Of a stretch of 64,000 nt of DNA, positions 13,941-27,908 are shown piece by piece. The translations under genes and the position numbers were made by a program. The DNA is from Vicugna vicugna (lineage: Eukaryota): the NCBI GenBank assembly GCA_013265495.1, contig MU060007.1, positions 6,445,040-6,509,039 on the forward strand, given 5' to 3'. Under the pieces are notes generated by a model that was not told where the DNA came from, ran no database searches, and was given only the letters and a program-made list of their open reading frames with translations. Each line of letters opens with the position of its first letter. The stretch's first letter is position 1.

Positions 13941-15118
13941 CTGATGTGCTGAACTTCGGATAGTATGATATGACACATGAAAAGTCTGACTAAGACCCAA
14001 GCTCAGGCTTTTTTTCCTGCACAGTAATATTTAGGACAAAAATAAGAATAGTTTAAAAATGGCAAGGAAGAAACTACCACTGCCATGGAGGAAAGATTTC
14101 CCTCTGTTTGATGATAAATGGCCTCACGTGACAGCTTTCTACATCTAATTGTATCCATCTTAATTATATATTGAGTTGTGTTTTTTCTTTTTTCTTTTTT
14201 TCTTTTTGTTTGTTCGTTCAACAGATACTGATCTGTTGTAAGCGGTATTTAAGGTGGTGAGGATGAAGTGGTAGACACAAAGACATAATGTTTGCTGTCA
14301 CTGAACACACTGTATATGTACATACCCAGAATTGTGTTTTTTAATAGCTTGTATGTGAGGCAAATCTTCAACATGAGTAGGAGATTTAAATTCTAGAGTA
14401 GGAATTCATGTAAGAGCTAAGTGCTATATAACTCTGATAAAAAAGAAAACTGAATAGCACCATTTTGAGTTCAAAGGAAGGTAATAAAAGCAGGGAGACC
14501 CATTTTCTTTGTGATTCAGAAACTCTCCTGAAATAATCCAAAGAGAAAAAAGTTTTTAGAGCATAGCAGCAATACTACAAAAGACACTTAGCTCAATTCT
14601 CCAAGAAAACTAATTGGAAAGAACATATTCTTTTAATCTGAGCATCATCTTACTGCTTTAGTGTGTAACCTGTGGGGATTTGTGTGTATGTGTGTAGATC
14701 TCCCCATTATCCTAGAACACTTTTTTTAAAGATCAAAACAACATCTAAGATATTATCAGAAGGAGGTATTCATTGCATGAAGAAAAGTTACAATTATAGA
14801 GAAATTAAAAATTCAGCTAATTATTGAAAATATTTTCTGAAAAAAAATCTGAGGTCAAAGGCATCCTTTAGGTTTGACATCCTGGTATGACATTTTAGGT
14901 ATGACAATCTGTACAAAACAAAGTCATAAAATCTCAGTATTTGCAGGGACTTTAAAAATCATCTAGCCCACAAACTTCTCCTGCGTTTTGATTCATTTCA
15001 CAAACGTCTCACCAAAGTTGTCCAGTTTCTGCTTAAATAACTCCAGTGAAAGGGCAAAGCATGGTTGCCTATGCCCAGAAATGTGGTGCTTATTTCACTT
15101 TTAGTGCTTTTGCAAACA

Positions 15119-15620
15119 CAGTCAATTCTCATTATTCGTGGATTCTGTACTTTAAATTTTGCCTACTCTCAAAAATTTATTTGTAACCCCAAATCAATGT
15201 TCATAGTGCTTTCACATCTTTACGGATATGCATAAAGTGTCAAAAAGTTTTAATTGTAGGATTCCCAGCTAAGAAGCTAGGTAATACTCTGCCTACTTGT
15301 TTCAAATATCAAACTATAAAAAGGGTCCTTTGGAGGGATCTACTTAGTGCCATATTTTTGGCATTTTTGTGTTTTTGTTGGTAATTTTGTTTAACATAGG
15401 CCCCACGCTTGATGCTGAAGTGCTGTCCAGTGTTCCTGAGCACAGGAAGGCTGTGCTATACCTTAGAGGAGAAAATACATGTGTTAGGTAAGCTTTGAGT
15501 GCATGAGTTATAGTGTTGTTGGTCATGAGTTCAATGTTAATAAACCAGTTTTGTATATTAAATAAGATTATTTTTAAACAGAAACACACATATAACAAAG
15601 CTGGTATTGATCAGTTGAGA
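15119..15620 (+). mobile_element. TcMar-Tigger non-autonomous DNA transposon (Tigger4-like), truncated
   Basis: Begins cagtcaattctcattattcgtggattc...aaaatttatttgtaaccccaaatcaat; contains gctgaagtgctgtccagtgttcctgagcacaggaaggctgtg. Confidence 0.75.
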
Positions 15621-15959
15621 AAAAGAAAATGAGCAGCAACATGATAGAGAAATATAATAAAAACAAAAATTAAGCCATCCTTGAAATTCATGGTCCTTAA
15701 CACTTTTCTAGCATTAGGATTCAATGGCAATCCTTCAGAAGTGACTTTGGCAATTGTCTGTTTTCCAAATGTGTGAGCAGGTCTTGAAAGGAAGTGAAAA
15801 GTTTGTCATGTGTTAAGGTGTTGATAGTAGAAAGGCTGGAGAGTTGCATCAAGGGGAGAATTAAAGCTCTTGGATTAGTCTTTGCTTAGATACTACTCTA
15901 CCTTTGCCAAGAGTCTGTGGAGTGATCAGAAGAAAAACCAAAATACAGTATAGATATTT

Positions 15960-16300
15960 ACAATGCATTAATTTTTCATACCCTCCCCAACATTCCTCAA
16001 ACTCCTTGTAGTTAAGCAGGGCCATGTAACAGTTCTGGCCAATGATGTTTGAGCATAAGTAATATAACTCCTTTGGTAGAAGTCTAGAAGCTTACGTCCT
16101 CCACACCACTTCCCCTGCTTCTCCCCTGCCAGAGCAAGCCCTAGAATGTTACTGCAGTGATTGTACCACAATAGGGCAGAACTTTTGTCATCTTGGGTCA
16201 CTGAACAAGGATCAGACCTCTCCAGCCCAACTTGATGAATAATCATCATAAGGAAGAAATCTTTTGTTTTGTTAGACTATTTGATTTGGGGATTACTTTA
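15960..16300 (+). mobile_element. MaLR solo LTR (late MLT1 family)
   Basis: ccttgtagttaagcagggccatgtaacagttctggccaatga; U5-like end gaaatcttttgttttgttagactatttgatttgggg. Confidence 0.65.
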
Positions 16301-16802
16301 TTTCATTATTATTACATTTTCAATGTTCCCTTTTATTACTTGTATCCCTTTTATTAATTGTATCCATACACAAGGTGTTCTGGGTCAGAGACAGATTTCT
16401 CAGTAAATTTTTCACAGTAAATAATAAATGCATTGGGCCCCACTTGCCCTAGTCCTTACCTTAGAGTGGAACAATAAAAGCCATGCCAGTTGTCCTATGT
16501 GAGTGGTCAAATGCTCAAATGAGAGATGAGGAAAAATGAGTTTTCCCTACTTAGATAAAGGAAGAAGGCAGCTGTCCTCCTCCCCTTATGTAGATAAAAT
16601 CTCTCCAGGAGCCAGATAGCCCCCATATGTCTCAGCTTTTAAAGCCCATCTACCTAGATGGCTCTTCTAGTTCTAGAGCTTTATACCTTTTTGACATGCA
16701 AAGCCCTACTGAAATAGCCCTCAGTCTTCCAGGTCCCTCGGGACTTAACCTAGAGACCCAGTTCAGGCTCTAACTCACTAGTCTTCTTGGAAGATAAGAG
16801 AA

Positions 16803-16871
16803 GTTTTATCCTTTTAAATCAGAGAAATTAATTAGGCAGGTTTTATCCTTCTAAATCAGAGAAATTAATTA
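16803..16871. repeat. 32-bp direct repeat (2 copies, 5-bp spacer)
   Basis: gttttatcctt(t/c)taaatcagagaaattaatta at 16803-16834 and 16840-16871, one mismatch. Confidence 0.95.
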
Positions 16872-18729
16872 ATATTCATGGTATGTGAAGACGCTTTTTA
16901 CATTCTAAGAGAAGTGAAAACATTCTTTAACTTTATAGCATATAAATTTCTTTGGCCCAAGAGGCTACAAGAGTAGGAGCATTAAGAAAGCCAGGAAAGT
17001 TTTACTTCCCCACATTTATGATGGTTTAGCCTCCCCTGAATAATAAAAGGATTAAGGGCCAGACTAATCTGGCTGAAAAGGCATATATGTAAATGAAAAT
17101 AGAAAAGATGAACTTGAAAATGTAGCCTGCATATATGTTTTGTCAGGCCAAGGATTTGATATTGTATTCATCCAAAAACATGACAATGATTTTGGAGGAC
17201 TTTTTATCCGAAAGTGTCTATGTATCAATTCAAATATTTCTAACAAGTGTCTGATAGGTTCAAATGTGAAGGGGGCTCAAAGCAGTAGTAAGTATCTAGT
17301 GAAGAAAAGGAATTTCCTTGGAATAAATTCTGAAAAAGCCATAGTCTCTGGAAGAGCCTGGGGATTCTGATTCCTTGAAGTCTGACACGATCTTAATATG
17401 ATAAAGTAACTTAACCACATGGATCTGGCCTAGAATGTGCCCTAGGGGGACAAACATCTCCTTAGTCTTGACTTCTGCTGTCACCTTCACCATACTTTTC
17501 TCCAGTGATGACCTCCAGCAGCTGTCATTCAAACTGACTCTAAATTGGACTTGGTATCTAAAGAACCAAGAAAAAGTTCTTTTTGTTTTCCTTTAAAGGA
17601 TAAAGTAAAGCTCTCAAACTGAGGTTATATTATTACTTCATTAAGTGAAATTAAAAGGAGATCTAAATACCAGCTGTAAAATCTTTTAAAATGTAAATTC
17701 TAATCCAGGTTTCTGAGATTCTCTTGAGGAAACAGGGTTTTATGAATGTAAATCTTTGGTGTATCCTGTGTCAAGGATTTCTCTTTTTGTAAACAGAAAG
17801 CCTAGCAGAACACAACAAAAAATAACTTGAACTTTATCCATAGCTTTTGTCTTTTCTTCTTGAATTTAGCTTGTCAACACAGAGCCACAGGGGTCCCTCT
17901 TTAAAGCCTTGAGATTAGACTTGTTGATGAAAAGAATGAAAATAATAAAAATAATGTTTCCTTCCCATAAAATCCATATCCTCAAAAAATTGAGGTAAAT
18001 AAATAGTGACTGTATTTGTTATATCAATTGTGCATATTATTACAGCATTTCAAATGATGTTTGTTTTTCCCTTACCTGTAATTTAGTTTGACATCTGGGA
18101 ATGAATATCTTTAGCATGCCTAATTTTCCAGCTCTTAATAGTATATAATTAAAGTATTTGTAGGTATTGTGAATTTAACTGACATATAAACAATATGCTT
18201 GTGGATGATAAGCACATACTAATTTCCATATCAAAATTTGAAAGTAAATAAGAAGCTTTCTTCCTTGTAAGTCTTTTGACAGAGCCTCTTTCAATGCCTT
18301 AACTTATTTTTACTAATAATTATGTTATCAGGATAGGTTTGGCTCAAAATAAGAGTATTTATCTTAGCCTTGGAAAGATTCAAATGCTAACTGATATACT
18401 AAAAACTGAACAGAAGGCAAACTTAAAAAATTTAGAAGAAAAAAAACATAGAAAAATGCATGAAAGTTGTAGGGTGTAGAGGCACAAAAAAGGTAACTTA
18501 TTTACATAAGAAATACTTATTTTAGAGGGGAAGGGATGAATGATTCTATGGTATCCCTCCACCGCCTTCCCTAACCTATGCTGTGGCATGAGCTGGACCT
18601 GAACTTAAAAGTCCATATGCTACTTAATAGGTACATGGCCTTGGACACACTTGGGCACTCTCTTAGAAACAGTCTCTTAATATTATGTAAAAAGCATCTT
18701 CTCTCTTTCTCTCACCCCTGATCAGATAA

Positions 18730-19468
18730 TTTGCTAAGAAATTCCTGTCAAAAAATCTTATTGGCTCTATTTTCAAAATATATCCATGTTGCTCCAAGTC
18801 CCCATCATTATCCTTCAACTGAACATTACAACGTGCTTCTCCTTTACCTCTTGTTTCCAATCTTGCTCCATTCTTTCTGTTCTCAATGCTGCAGCCACAG
18901 TAAACCTTTGAAAAATAAAGTCAGATAGTGTCACTCCTCTCCTCTAAAGCTTCCATTGATTCCCCTTCTTATTCAGAGTAAAAGCCATCGTTCTTACAAA
19001 GGCTTACAAGACTCTATCCACTCTGGCCCCCGTGACCTCTTTCTAAGTAGGTTCTCTCACTGCTGTGCTCTGGTCACTTTGAGCTTTCTACTATTTCTTG
19101 AACCCAAAAGACAAATTCCTGCCTTAGGAACATGCATACCACAGCTATCTCAAGTTTTTGCTTAAATATTAACTTATTAATAAGGTATACATTGAGCATT
19201 TTATTTAAAATTACCTCTTACTTCTCTCCACCCTACCCACTAAATCTCTGCCTCAGTTCTATTTCTTACCAATACCCTCCAATTTCTCAGATACTATGTA
19301 TTTTGCTTATTATGCTTAATGTTTATTATCTCTTTCCCCCTTTAATATGTAAACTTAACAAACACAGGGATTTTACTCTGTTTTGTTCACTGATGTATAC
19401 CAAGATCCTGGAACAGTACACTGAACCTGTTAAGTGCTCAATAAATATTTGCTGAATGAATGAATAAG
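18730..19468 (+). mobile_element. L2a 3' end
   Basis: Classic L2a tail ...taagtgctcaataaatatttgctgaatgaatgaat, with aaagtcagatagtgtcactcctct upstream. Confidence 0.9.
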
Positions 19469-20427
19469 TACCTATGCTCTAGTGTTATTTTGAAGATTAA
19501 ATTCAATTGTTTAATAGTGCTACTATATTCCTACCTAGATAGGTCTAAACTTTTTTATTTATAAAATGTCTTCAGTCTTCCTCATATTCTCAATTGTAAA
19601 AGAAATAAACATAAAAAGACCCTGTAATATAAAAGATTACAATGAGCTATATTTTTAGCTTCATTAATATGCTTGTTTGCTTTGAGACCTAAAACCTGGG
19701 CCAATGACATTAATAGCTTTATTAGATACACTTTAGTAAATCCTTTGCACAACCTACTGCTAACAAAATATCCTGAAGAGATTAAGCCTCTGTGGAACTA
19801 CTAAATGCACCACACATACAATCAGAAACAATGGCCAGCTGTAAGATCAAGTGAGTGAAGGAGGACCAGCAATAGCATTAAGAGATGACAAAATACACTG
19901 AGATCTAAATAATGTTTTCATCTCAGTTAACCTTAACAGCATAGTTAACCTGCATGATAGTTGAAAAAAGAAATATTAATACTTCCTTATACTGTGGTAA
20001 AACATAAACAAATAATGTGTGAAGATCTCAAAATTCAGTACTTATTTCCCAATAAACATTAGTTGATTTTGAATATTAAAATTAGGTGTACTGTACACTA
20101 TAATTTGATATCAAAATTCTTCTGTGCTTTTAAATTTTATTTTCTCTGACTTTAACAAGCAAAGCACACTCTCATATTAACTTAATATCTCCGGAAATTT
20201 TCCTTCTGAGATGTATACAGATTATTATGTTTGCACCAATTATTCCCATTCGTAACTCAGTCTTCTGTGATTTTGGTTACCTTACACAAATCTACCATAT
20301 CCTAATTGTAATTACAATGTTTTATTAAGCTTCAGACTATAATCTCTCTTCTCTAGGAGACTTTCAATGTACTCATAAGATAAAAAACTCATCAATTTTC
20401 TTGTTCCTCTCTTGAGATAATTGCAAG

Positions 20428-20595
20428 ATATATGTGTGTGTGTGCATACATAACATAAACACACACAGAAATCAAAAGGTTAAAAGACTGAAGTACCTGC
20501 TTAAATTATCCTCGAAGACAATTCAAAGATTTGTGTAAATATATATATATATATATGTGTGTGTACATATACATATATATACATATATATATTTC
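20428..20595. repeat. (TG)n and (TA)n microsatellite patches
   Basis: Seen directly at about 20428-20445 and 20538-20592. Confidence 0.85.
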
Positions 20596-22829
20596 TATGA
20601 CCAAGGACATTAAATAAAAACAAGCATGGTTAAAAATTGTTTCTAAATCCACCAACTCTTGCTTCCATTCCTTTTTAATAATCATTTTTGTTTCTCATAT
20701 GCCACATTTTAACAGCTTGATTTTAGCCTTTTTATGTTCTCTTAACATGCTATTTTAGTTTGTTGCTTGGGAAGTTTTTCACGCTTGCAAATTGATGATT
20801 GATTTGACTACAGGGCACTCAGGTCCCAAGTTCTGTCTTAATGAAGACTCCTTCTAACAATGTGATATTTTGGAGTCTATCATTACTACTTACCAACTAT
20901 AAAAGATGTTGTCATAACAACCAGAGCTTAGTGGCTTAGTAGTCCAGATTTTCAGATATAATGTTTATACCTAAATAATATATTTCTGCATTGCTTTAAA
21001 CCACCTGTAAAATAAATGAAATGTCTACTTTGAGCATTAATGAGGAATGCTTAAAGAATTTCCTGTAAATAAACGTATCTGTGTAATGTCTGTGTCTCTT
21101 TACACAAATGTATATATGTGTGTTTATCTATAATGTATATGTAAATACATACTCCATATCTGTATGACCCACCCTCTTCCCCACATCTCTATGACCTCAA
21201 ATTCTACCCATCCCTCAAGACCCAACCAAACTCCACAACATTGTCTCAGATAAACTAGGCTCCCAGCTCCCCTATGCTGTCACAGCCCTTTTTGAGCCAG
21301 CACTTATTCTATCCTAATTTGTATTCAATTTATGTGTGTAAGCAACTATCTTTATCCTGGGTTTCTGCACTCCTGAAAGATGGGAAATACCATCTTACCT
21401 CTCTCAGTGTTTTTCTCAAAGACCACTACTTATACCTTAAAACATAGGACTTAAATAGATAATAAGTGAAATGAATTTGTCTTTGTCAAGCAACTCCTTG
21501 GACAGAGCACTAGAGTTCTGCTTTGATAGAGTACTGACATTCTATGTATATACGCAAAGGGAACTGCCTTCAACTTTAGAGTTCACCATTCATCTTATTA
21601 AATATTAAAATGAGCTCTCAGTAGAGATTGCCTCTTACTCTCACTTGATTAACTGTACTATAAAGTTATTTTATAATGCCAGAGAAAGTGCTAAGTATTC
21701 ACGACATCAAAAGACTTTACCACAGGTCTTACAACGTAGAGGCCTTAAGATTTTAAGACCAGAATTAATTAACTGTACAGATAGAGGAGCCAAAATACTT
21801 TTCACAGTGGCTGGTCTCTTGAAGAATTTTGTATTCTCATTTGTTTTTCAGTCCACAATGTAAAGTTCCAGTTTTTGCATTTTGCACATGTACACAGTAT
21901 AATAGAATTGCTAAAGAATGTAATAAAATGCACAGACACAAGTCCATTATGGAAACAAGACTATTAGGGGCAACAGAAAGCACTATTTTCCTGTATTTCA
22001 TTATAAAATATCTCTTGTAATTAATATTCTACCCTCCCACTTTTCATGTTCTAACCCTAACTGAAACCTCATATTCCCATTCTCAGACTACTTCTTCCTG
22101 GTTATCCTTATTTCCCTGTTTCTCTTCTTACTAGGCCATCAGGCAGGTAGTTGCAAATTAATATTACTCTTGTAAACCACATGCTCAGAATTATAAAGGC
22201 CTGAGACCCATCAACCTTACGCCTGAACTTGCCACATCAGCCCTCCTCCCAACCCCTATCTCCACCCGACCATGACCTTTCTTTACTCTTTGCCACACGT
22301 ATTTATCTAGTCTCACCTTAGGGTAGTTGATTAAGCCAAAGGCTTCTTCATACTTCCTGAAGTCTTACTTAATCTCATATCTTCAACTATGTTCATATTC
22401 TTCTCTATACTTGGAATGTTCTTCAGTTTAATTCACTTCCACACACATTAATTGAGTATTCACTGTTTATCAGTCTATGCTAGGTTCTAGGGACACAAAA
22501 ATGCAAAGATGCAGCAGTTGCCTTTTAAGGATATATCATTCTTTTTTCATCTTTCTCTGTCAGTTCTATCTTGTCTTTTCTGTACATGCTACTTAAGATA
22601 CTTCCAAGAAAAAAACGTTTTGATTCACCTCACCTGATGCTGCTCATTCTTTTACTCCATATATTCTCTTATTCTATATTCCATTGTTCTTCAATTTATT
22701 ATGTCATCTGTAACTTCTTAGGTCAGATTTTCTTTGGGAAATGTTTGAAAATGCTGGAGCTGATAGCAATATTTATATTTCCTAACATAGCATCATTAAA
22801 TAGGTATATCTACAGCATCTTTATGCTCT

Positions 22830-23060
22830 GAAACTTTTATATATAGAAATTATATACCCTATGAAGTTCTAGAAGAGACTAACCTATGGTGAAATAATAA
22901 GAGCTGTTGCTTCTGGGAGATAGGAACAGGGATTGACAGGGAAGGCGGATGAAAGAACTTTCTAGCATTAAGATATGCATTATATAGGTGTATGTATTGA
23001 TCTAAACTCATCAGTCATTAAGATTTTGTCCATTTCACTGTATGTAAATTTTATCTTTTT
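22830..23060 (+). mobile_element. L1M 3' terminal fragment
   Basis: gttgcttctgggag...gattgacagggaagg...aactttct...catttcactgtatgtaaattttat. Confidence 0.65.
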
Positions 23061-24077
23061 ATGTCTTTGTTTTGCACTTATTTCTTAGCTGTTTTATGCC
23101 TTGCTTTCAGTTCCTTTATTAAATTTCAGGCAAATCCATCTTTCCTTAGGCATCTGGTTATTTCAAAGATCGCTGTGTCTTTTTTTCTCCCTTTTTCCTG
23201 TTTGGTCAATTCTTGTTTCACACCTGCCAGCCCCAATTTCTCTTCAAAGTTTTTGAATTTTTAAATTCAAGGTGACTTTTTTTCCTTCAATTTGCCAATG
23301 TTTAAGAATATTTAATCCAGATTGGATCGTGCTAGGATTTCTACTGCCTCAAGGATGGTGTTTTTTGGGGGCAGACTTTTCATCAGCTGAAATGAAATGC
23401 TATGATTCTAAATTTCTGATTTCTTCTTATAGTAACTTTGTATGAATGCCATCTATCATAGGCTATTCACCTTGAAATACTATCTTCCTGTACCAGTAAT
23501 ACAATTATATGTAGCCAGAGTGAGAGTCTGAGGAGGCTAACTAGGTTTCTTACTTCAAAGGCATTCTCTTCTTTGGATGTAGTGAAATAATACCTAAAAA
23601 AAAAATAATAATGTTGCACTTGTTTTGATGGGAGTGAGCTTGCTGTACTTCTAATTTTGTAGTCTGTTTTTATAGGAAACAATTTCACCCTCTTGCTCCC
23701 TTTTCTTCATTTACGAGCAAGCCTTTAAGGATGTATCTCCTTGACACTGTCATTTACTCAAAAGTGGTGTCATTCTGAAACTCCTACCTTGGGATCTGCT
23801 CATTTTCAAGTCCCTTCCTTTCATTTTCACAGTAGCCAGTGCTCAGTCTACAAGACTGCAAGCTGTTTCTTAGTATTTTCCCACTCTGAGTGCAACCGGT
23901 TTTTGAGAGTGATTTTATATGTATCCCAACATCCCCAGTCTCCCCACCTCCACCCGTCATCCATACCCTCTCTGACCCCACCCACATTTCAGTATAAGTC
24001 TCCTCTTAGATATAGGCTCTATGTGTGATTTTGCTTGTCTGATTGCCTATTTTTCTACTTACAGGTTACTTAAAATC

Positions 24078-25033
24078 TGTCCCTTAGTATTTTGGGTTTC
24101 TGGACCCAAATCCAATGTGTGTGTGTGTAGTCTTCCCTACACAAGCACTTCTCAAACACCAGCAGGGTGTTGGAGAATTCAACTCAATTCTGACACTATT
24201 TACCCAGAGACAGCATCAGATTCTACAGGTAAAGGGCTCTGTTCCATAAGAGTGCCCTCCACTTCAGATGTTAATCNNNNNNNNNNNNNNNNNNNNNNNN
24301 NNNNNNNNNNNNNNNNNNNNNNNNNNNNNNNNNNNNNNNNNNNNNNNNNNNNNNNNNNNNNNNNNNNNNNNNNNNNNNNNNNNNNNNNNNNNNNNNNNNN
24401 NNNNAGATTACAGATTTATTACAAAGGATATTAAAGGATACCAATCAGCAGCCAGATGAAGAGACACTTGGGGTGAGGTCCTGAACAAAGGAGCTTCAGT
24501 CTTCCTGGAGCTTGGGGCCCAGCATGGTAGCACATGGATGAGGTCTGGTTCCTCACCATGGAAACTTTCTGAATCTTGCCCCTTTTGGGGTTTTTATGGA
24601 GGCTTTATTACATAGATATGATTCATTAACTGATCAGCCATTGGTGATTAATTCATCCTCTAGCCCCTTCTCACCTCCTCAGAAATCAGGGGTAGAACTA
24701 AAAGTTCCAACTTTCCATTCAAGGTTGGTTTCCCCTAGCAACTAGTCACCATCCTTAGATGCTTTCCAGAAGTCATATTCATTAACATAAGCCCAGTTAT
24801 GGTAGAAAGGGGCTTGTTATGAATAACAAGACTGCCATTTGACTTCTATGGCTCTGAGGGTTTTTCAGGTACTGAGGACGAGACCAAATATTATAACAAA
24901 AGATGTTCCTATTGCTTTTATGGCTCAGGAAACTGCAAAGGTTTTGGAAGGTGTGAGCCAGGAACCACTGACGAAGACCAAATATATATGAGAAATGGCT
25001 AAATATATATATCTTATAAATCCCAATATCACA
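24078..25033 (-). mobile_element. Solo LTR, MER21-like (spans an N gap)
   Basis: caccagcagggtgt...aattctgacactatttacccagagacagcatcagattctacagg; the right terminus ...cccaatatcaca reads TG on minus. Confidence 0.8.
24277..24404. other. Assembly gap (128 N)
   Basis: Run of N inside the MER21-like LTR. Confidence 1.
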
Positions 25034-25127
25034 CTTAATTAAAGACACAGGCTACGAGTGAATTTGCATTCCCTACTCATCAGTAAGGTTCTCCGGAGGC
25101 CAGGTGGGTAAATTTAGATTTAGGAGG

Positions 25128-25821
25128 TATCCTAGTCTGTTTGAGCTGCTGTAACAGAATATCACAGACTGTGCAGCTTATAAACAACAAAGATTTATTT
25201 CTCACAGTTTGGAGGCTGAAGAATTCAAGAATTCAAGGTGCTGGCAGGTTCGGTGTCTGGTGAAGGCCTGCTTCCCATTTTATAGATATCTGTCTTCTTG
25301 CTATGTCTTCAAATGGCAGAAGGAGGTTAAGGAGCTCTCAAGGGTATTGACCTGAAACAAAGAGACTGCCAAATATTTTCCCAGCAAAGATGGGTTTATT
25401 CGAGACCAGCAGAGAATTGCAATTCGAGGTCTGTAACCTTGGTGAGCCACAGGCAAGTTCCCTGACAGTAAGGGAAGGAGAGAACTTTTATAGAGAGGAA
25501 AAGGAAATTGGGAGGGCTACAGTAAACAAGGAACCCATGACTTTTCATTGGCTGAGCCCTTGCCAGGAAAGAGTCTTTCTGCTTCCTGTTGGGCTCAGCT
25601 ATTGTCACAGGGCATGAGAGCTCTGCCTTCTGGTCTTTTGACCATATTTAATTCAGGTTTTTGTTTAGTAATTTGTTACGGAGGTTCTTTTATAGGGCAC
25701 TAATTCCATGTATGAGGGCTCTAGTAACAAACGAATCACTTTCCAAATGCTCTATCTGCAAATGGGTCACACTGGGGATCAGGATTCAACAAAAATTTTG
25801 GGGGGCACACTGTTGATAGCA
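25128..25821 (-). mobile_element. MLT1A0-like MaLR solo LTR, split by a nested LTR
   Basis: Left half tatcctagtctgtttgagctgctgtaacaga...ggagctctcaaggg; right half ...cttttatagggcactaattccatgtatgagggctct...gatagca. Flanking 5-mers GGAGG/GGAAG are a probable target-site duplication (TSD). Confidence 0.85.
25345..25680 (-). mobile_element. 336-bp ERV1-type solo LTR inserted in the MLT1A0 element
   Basis: Interrupts the MLT1A0 consensus at a single point. Degenerate TG...CA termini (tattgacc...gttacg). AATAAA on minus at the gggtttatt site. Confidence 0.7.
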
Positions 25822-27244
25822 GGAAGTTCTTTTCTATGATAAATTGGAGATATTTAGAATTTCCTTTCTAAAATCCTGACAATTTTTTCCCAAACAATTC
25901 ATATTAATTCCAGTAATGGCAAACACTGCAAGCCAGTAAACTCATCCTATTTTGTACATTAGAAAGTATTGTTTGTACTGTAACTGACAGCAATGTCCCC
26001 CAAAGCTCAACTGTTAGGAAAAGGCAGCATTTCAGAATATCTTGTTCTTTAATTGGTGATAATAATTAAGTTAAACTCAAGTTAAACAGTTTCAATTCTG
26101 CTGCACAGGGTGTATATAACCCACTTACTCGATTTCTGCTGGTGGGAAAATCTATGCCTTCCTAAACACAGAAGGACCTCTGAGTGGTATAGTAGCTGAG
26201 AAGGGAACCTATGACCATTGAAACATCAAAAATGGCCATCTTTAGCTCAAAATGTGAAATACTAGTAATTTCTACTTAATATACACCCTGTCTGAGGAAA
26301 GTGTAATTGGTTTTGGTAGTTAGCATGAGAGCATGAGCATGAATGGAGATTTTACACTACAGTTTACAGACAGAACTTCATTGATCAAATCTCTCAGAAC
26401 ATAAAGATGAAGCCTGATAAATTTATCAGTATGTAGATATTTAACTGATCATCTCCTGTTACTAGGCATCAGGAGAGAATTTTCTAGACTGGCTCCTCAA
26501 ATACTAGGAAATGCTACTGAACTCAATTGGTATTCATCCTATTTTCATCCATCTAAATACAGCTGTTGAAAGCCTAATATTACCTGACACTGTACTAAGT
26601 TTTGGAATCCAGCAAAAAAAAAAAAAATACACAAAGCTTATTCTAAAGAGTATAAAGCCCATTAAAATTTGATTATTCAATATCAATTATTGTGATATCT
26701 GCCTTTTGTCAGGTCTGGGAAAACTGGGATGGGGTGGTGAATTTTAGTTGAAAAATCCAAATTTGAGATGACCTTGTGCAGAAATGCTACATAGAGCTGT
26801 ACTGTTTTCCAGTGTACAATATACAAAGGTGACTGGACAAGGGAACAACTGCATTCTGGCATGAAGCTGTGTCCATCTGGAAGAAGGGACTCATTTTTCT
26901 AATTTTCATAAAGCTGTCCGATGGTAAGTGGGATCCATCAAAATGAAAGATATGGTGGTAATGCCAATAGGTAGCTATGCAAAACTGCAGCTCTAAAAAC
27001 CACTTTAAAAGCCAAAATCTATATTACTTCCATCATTCTGGTCCCTGTCTACACATGGGAAGTGCTAACAAGAGATCTTCCCTTACAAGTCATGCTTTTG
27101 TGTGGTACCCATTTTTTTAATTGTAGAGCCAATTCATTTTAAATTGGAAGAGTCCTCAGAAGATCAAGTTGACAACAAATTCTACAATTGAAGATTCAGA
27201 GATGTAGAGAAGTAACCCTTTTCAAGATCATATGGAGTATCCAA

Positions 27245-27575
27245 GTATTTCAGTGAGGGTAGGCCATTATTTGCAGTAACAAATAATCCTCAAATCCCAG
27301 CAGCTTAAAACAATGAGAAAGTTTCTTGCTCACTCTATACTTTTGACAAAGGGCTGTACTCACTAGTTATTCAGAGACCCAGGCTAATGAAGGCTATATC
27401 CCAGCAGCAGGAGGGAGGGAACTTGGTGAATTGCATACTGTCTTCTAAAGCTTCAACGAAGAAGTAACACATCATTTCTGCTCATATTTTCCTTTGTCAA
27501 AAAAAAAAAAAGGAGACAGAATTCAATCCTGCCATGCATGTTTAAATGGAAATGGCATATTCTTGAACAACCTTA
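27245..27575 (-). mobile_element. MaLR solo LTR (MLT1K/L-like)
   Basis: gcagtaacaaataatcctcaaatcccagcagcttaaaacaa...cagagacccaggctaatgaagg...cttctaaagcttc. Confidence 0.7.
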
Positions 27576-27710
27576 ATGAATACTGTACTAGGTAAAGACC
27601 CAAATAGCTTGTACCCATATTCAAATACAAGTTCAAGAAATCTCTCCAAAATCAACTACAAATTTTAAGTACATACTCACTTGAAAAAATCTTCACTGTA
27701 TTACCATAGA

Positions 27711-27908
27711 TATATAGAAAATAGCTATCTTCCTTCCGGTCTACAAAATTTCAACAGCTGTGAGAATAAAGTATCATTTCATATTGGATAAAATTTTTTA
27801 AAATCTTTGTATATAGAAAATAGCTATCTTCCTTCCGGTCTACAAAATTTCAACAGCTGTGAGAATAAACTATCATTTCATATTGGATAAAATTTTTTAA
27901 AATCTCTG
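27711..27908. repeat. 99-bp head-to-tail tandem duplication
   Basis: Copies at 27711-27809 and 27810-27908; two mismatches seen. Confidence 0.97.

Noticed and set aside
24021-24459. ORFs spanning N runs (also 45486-45940)
   Set aside because: Artefacts of translating through assembly gaps.
27711-27908. Tandem repeats as a CRISPR-like array
   Set aside because: Mammalian DNA, two copies with no spacers, and no cas genes.
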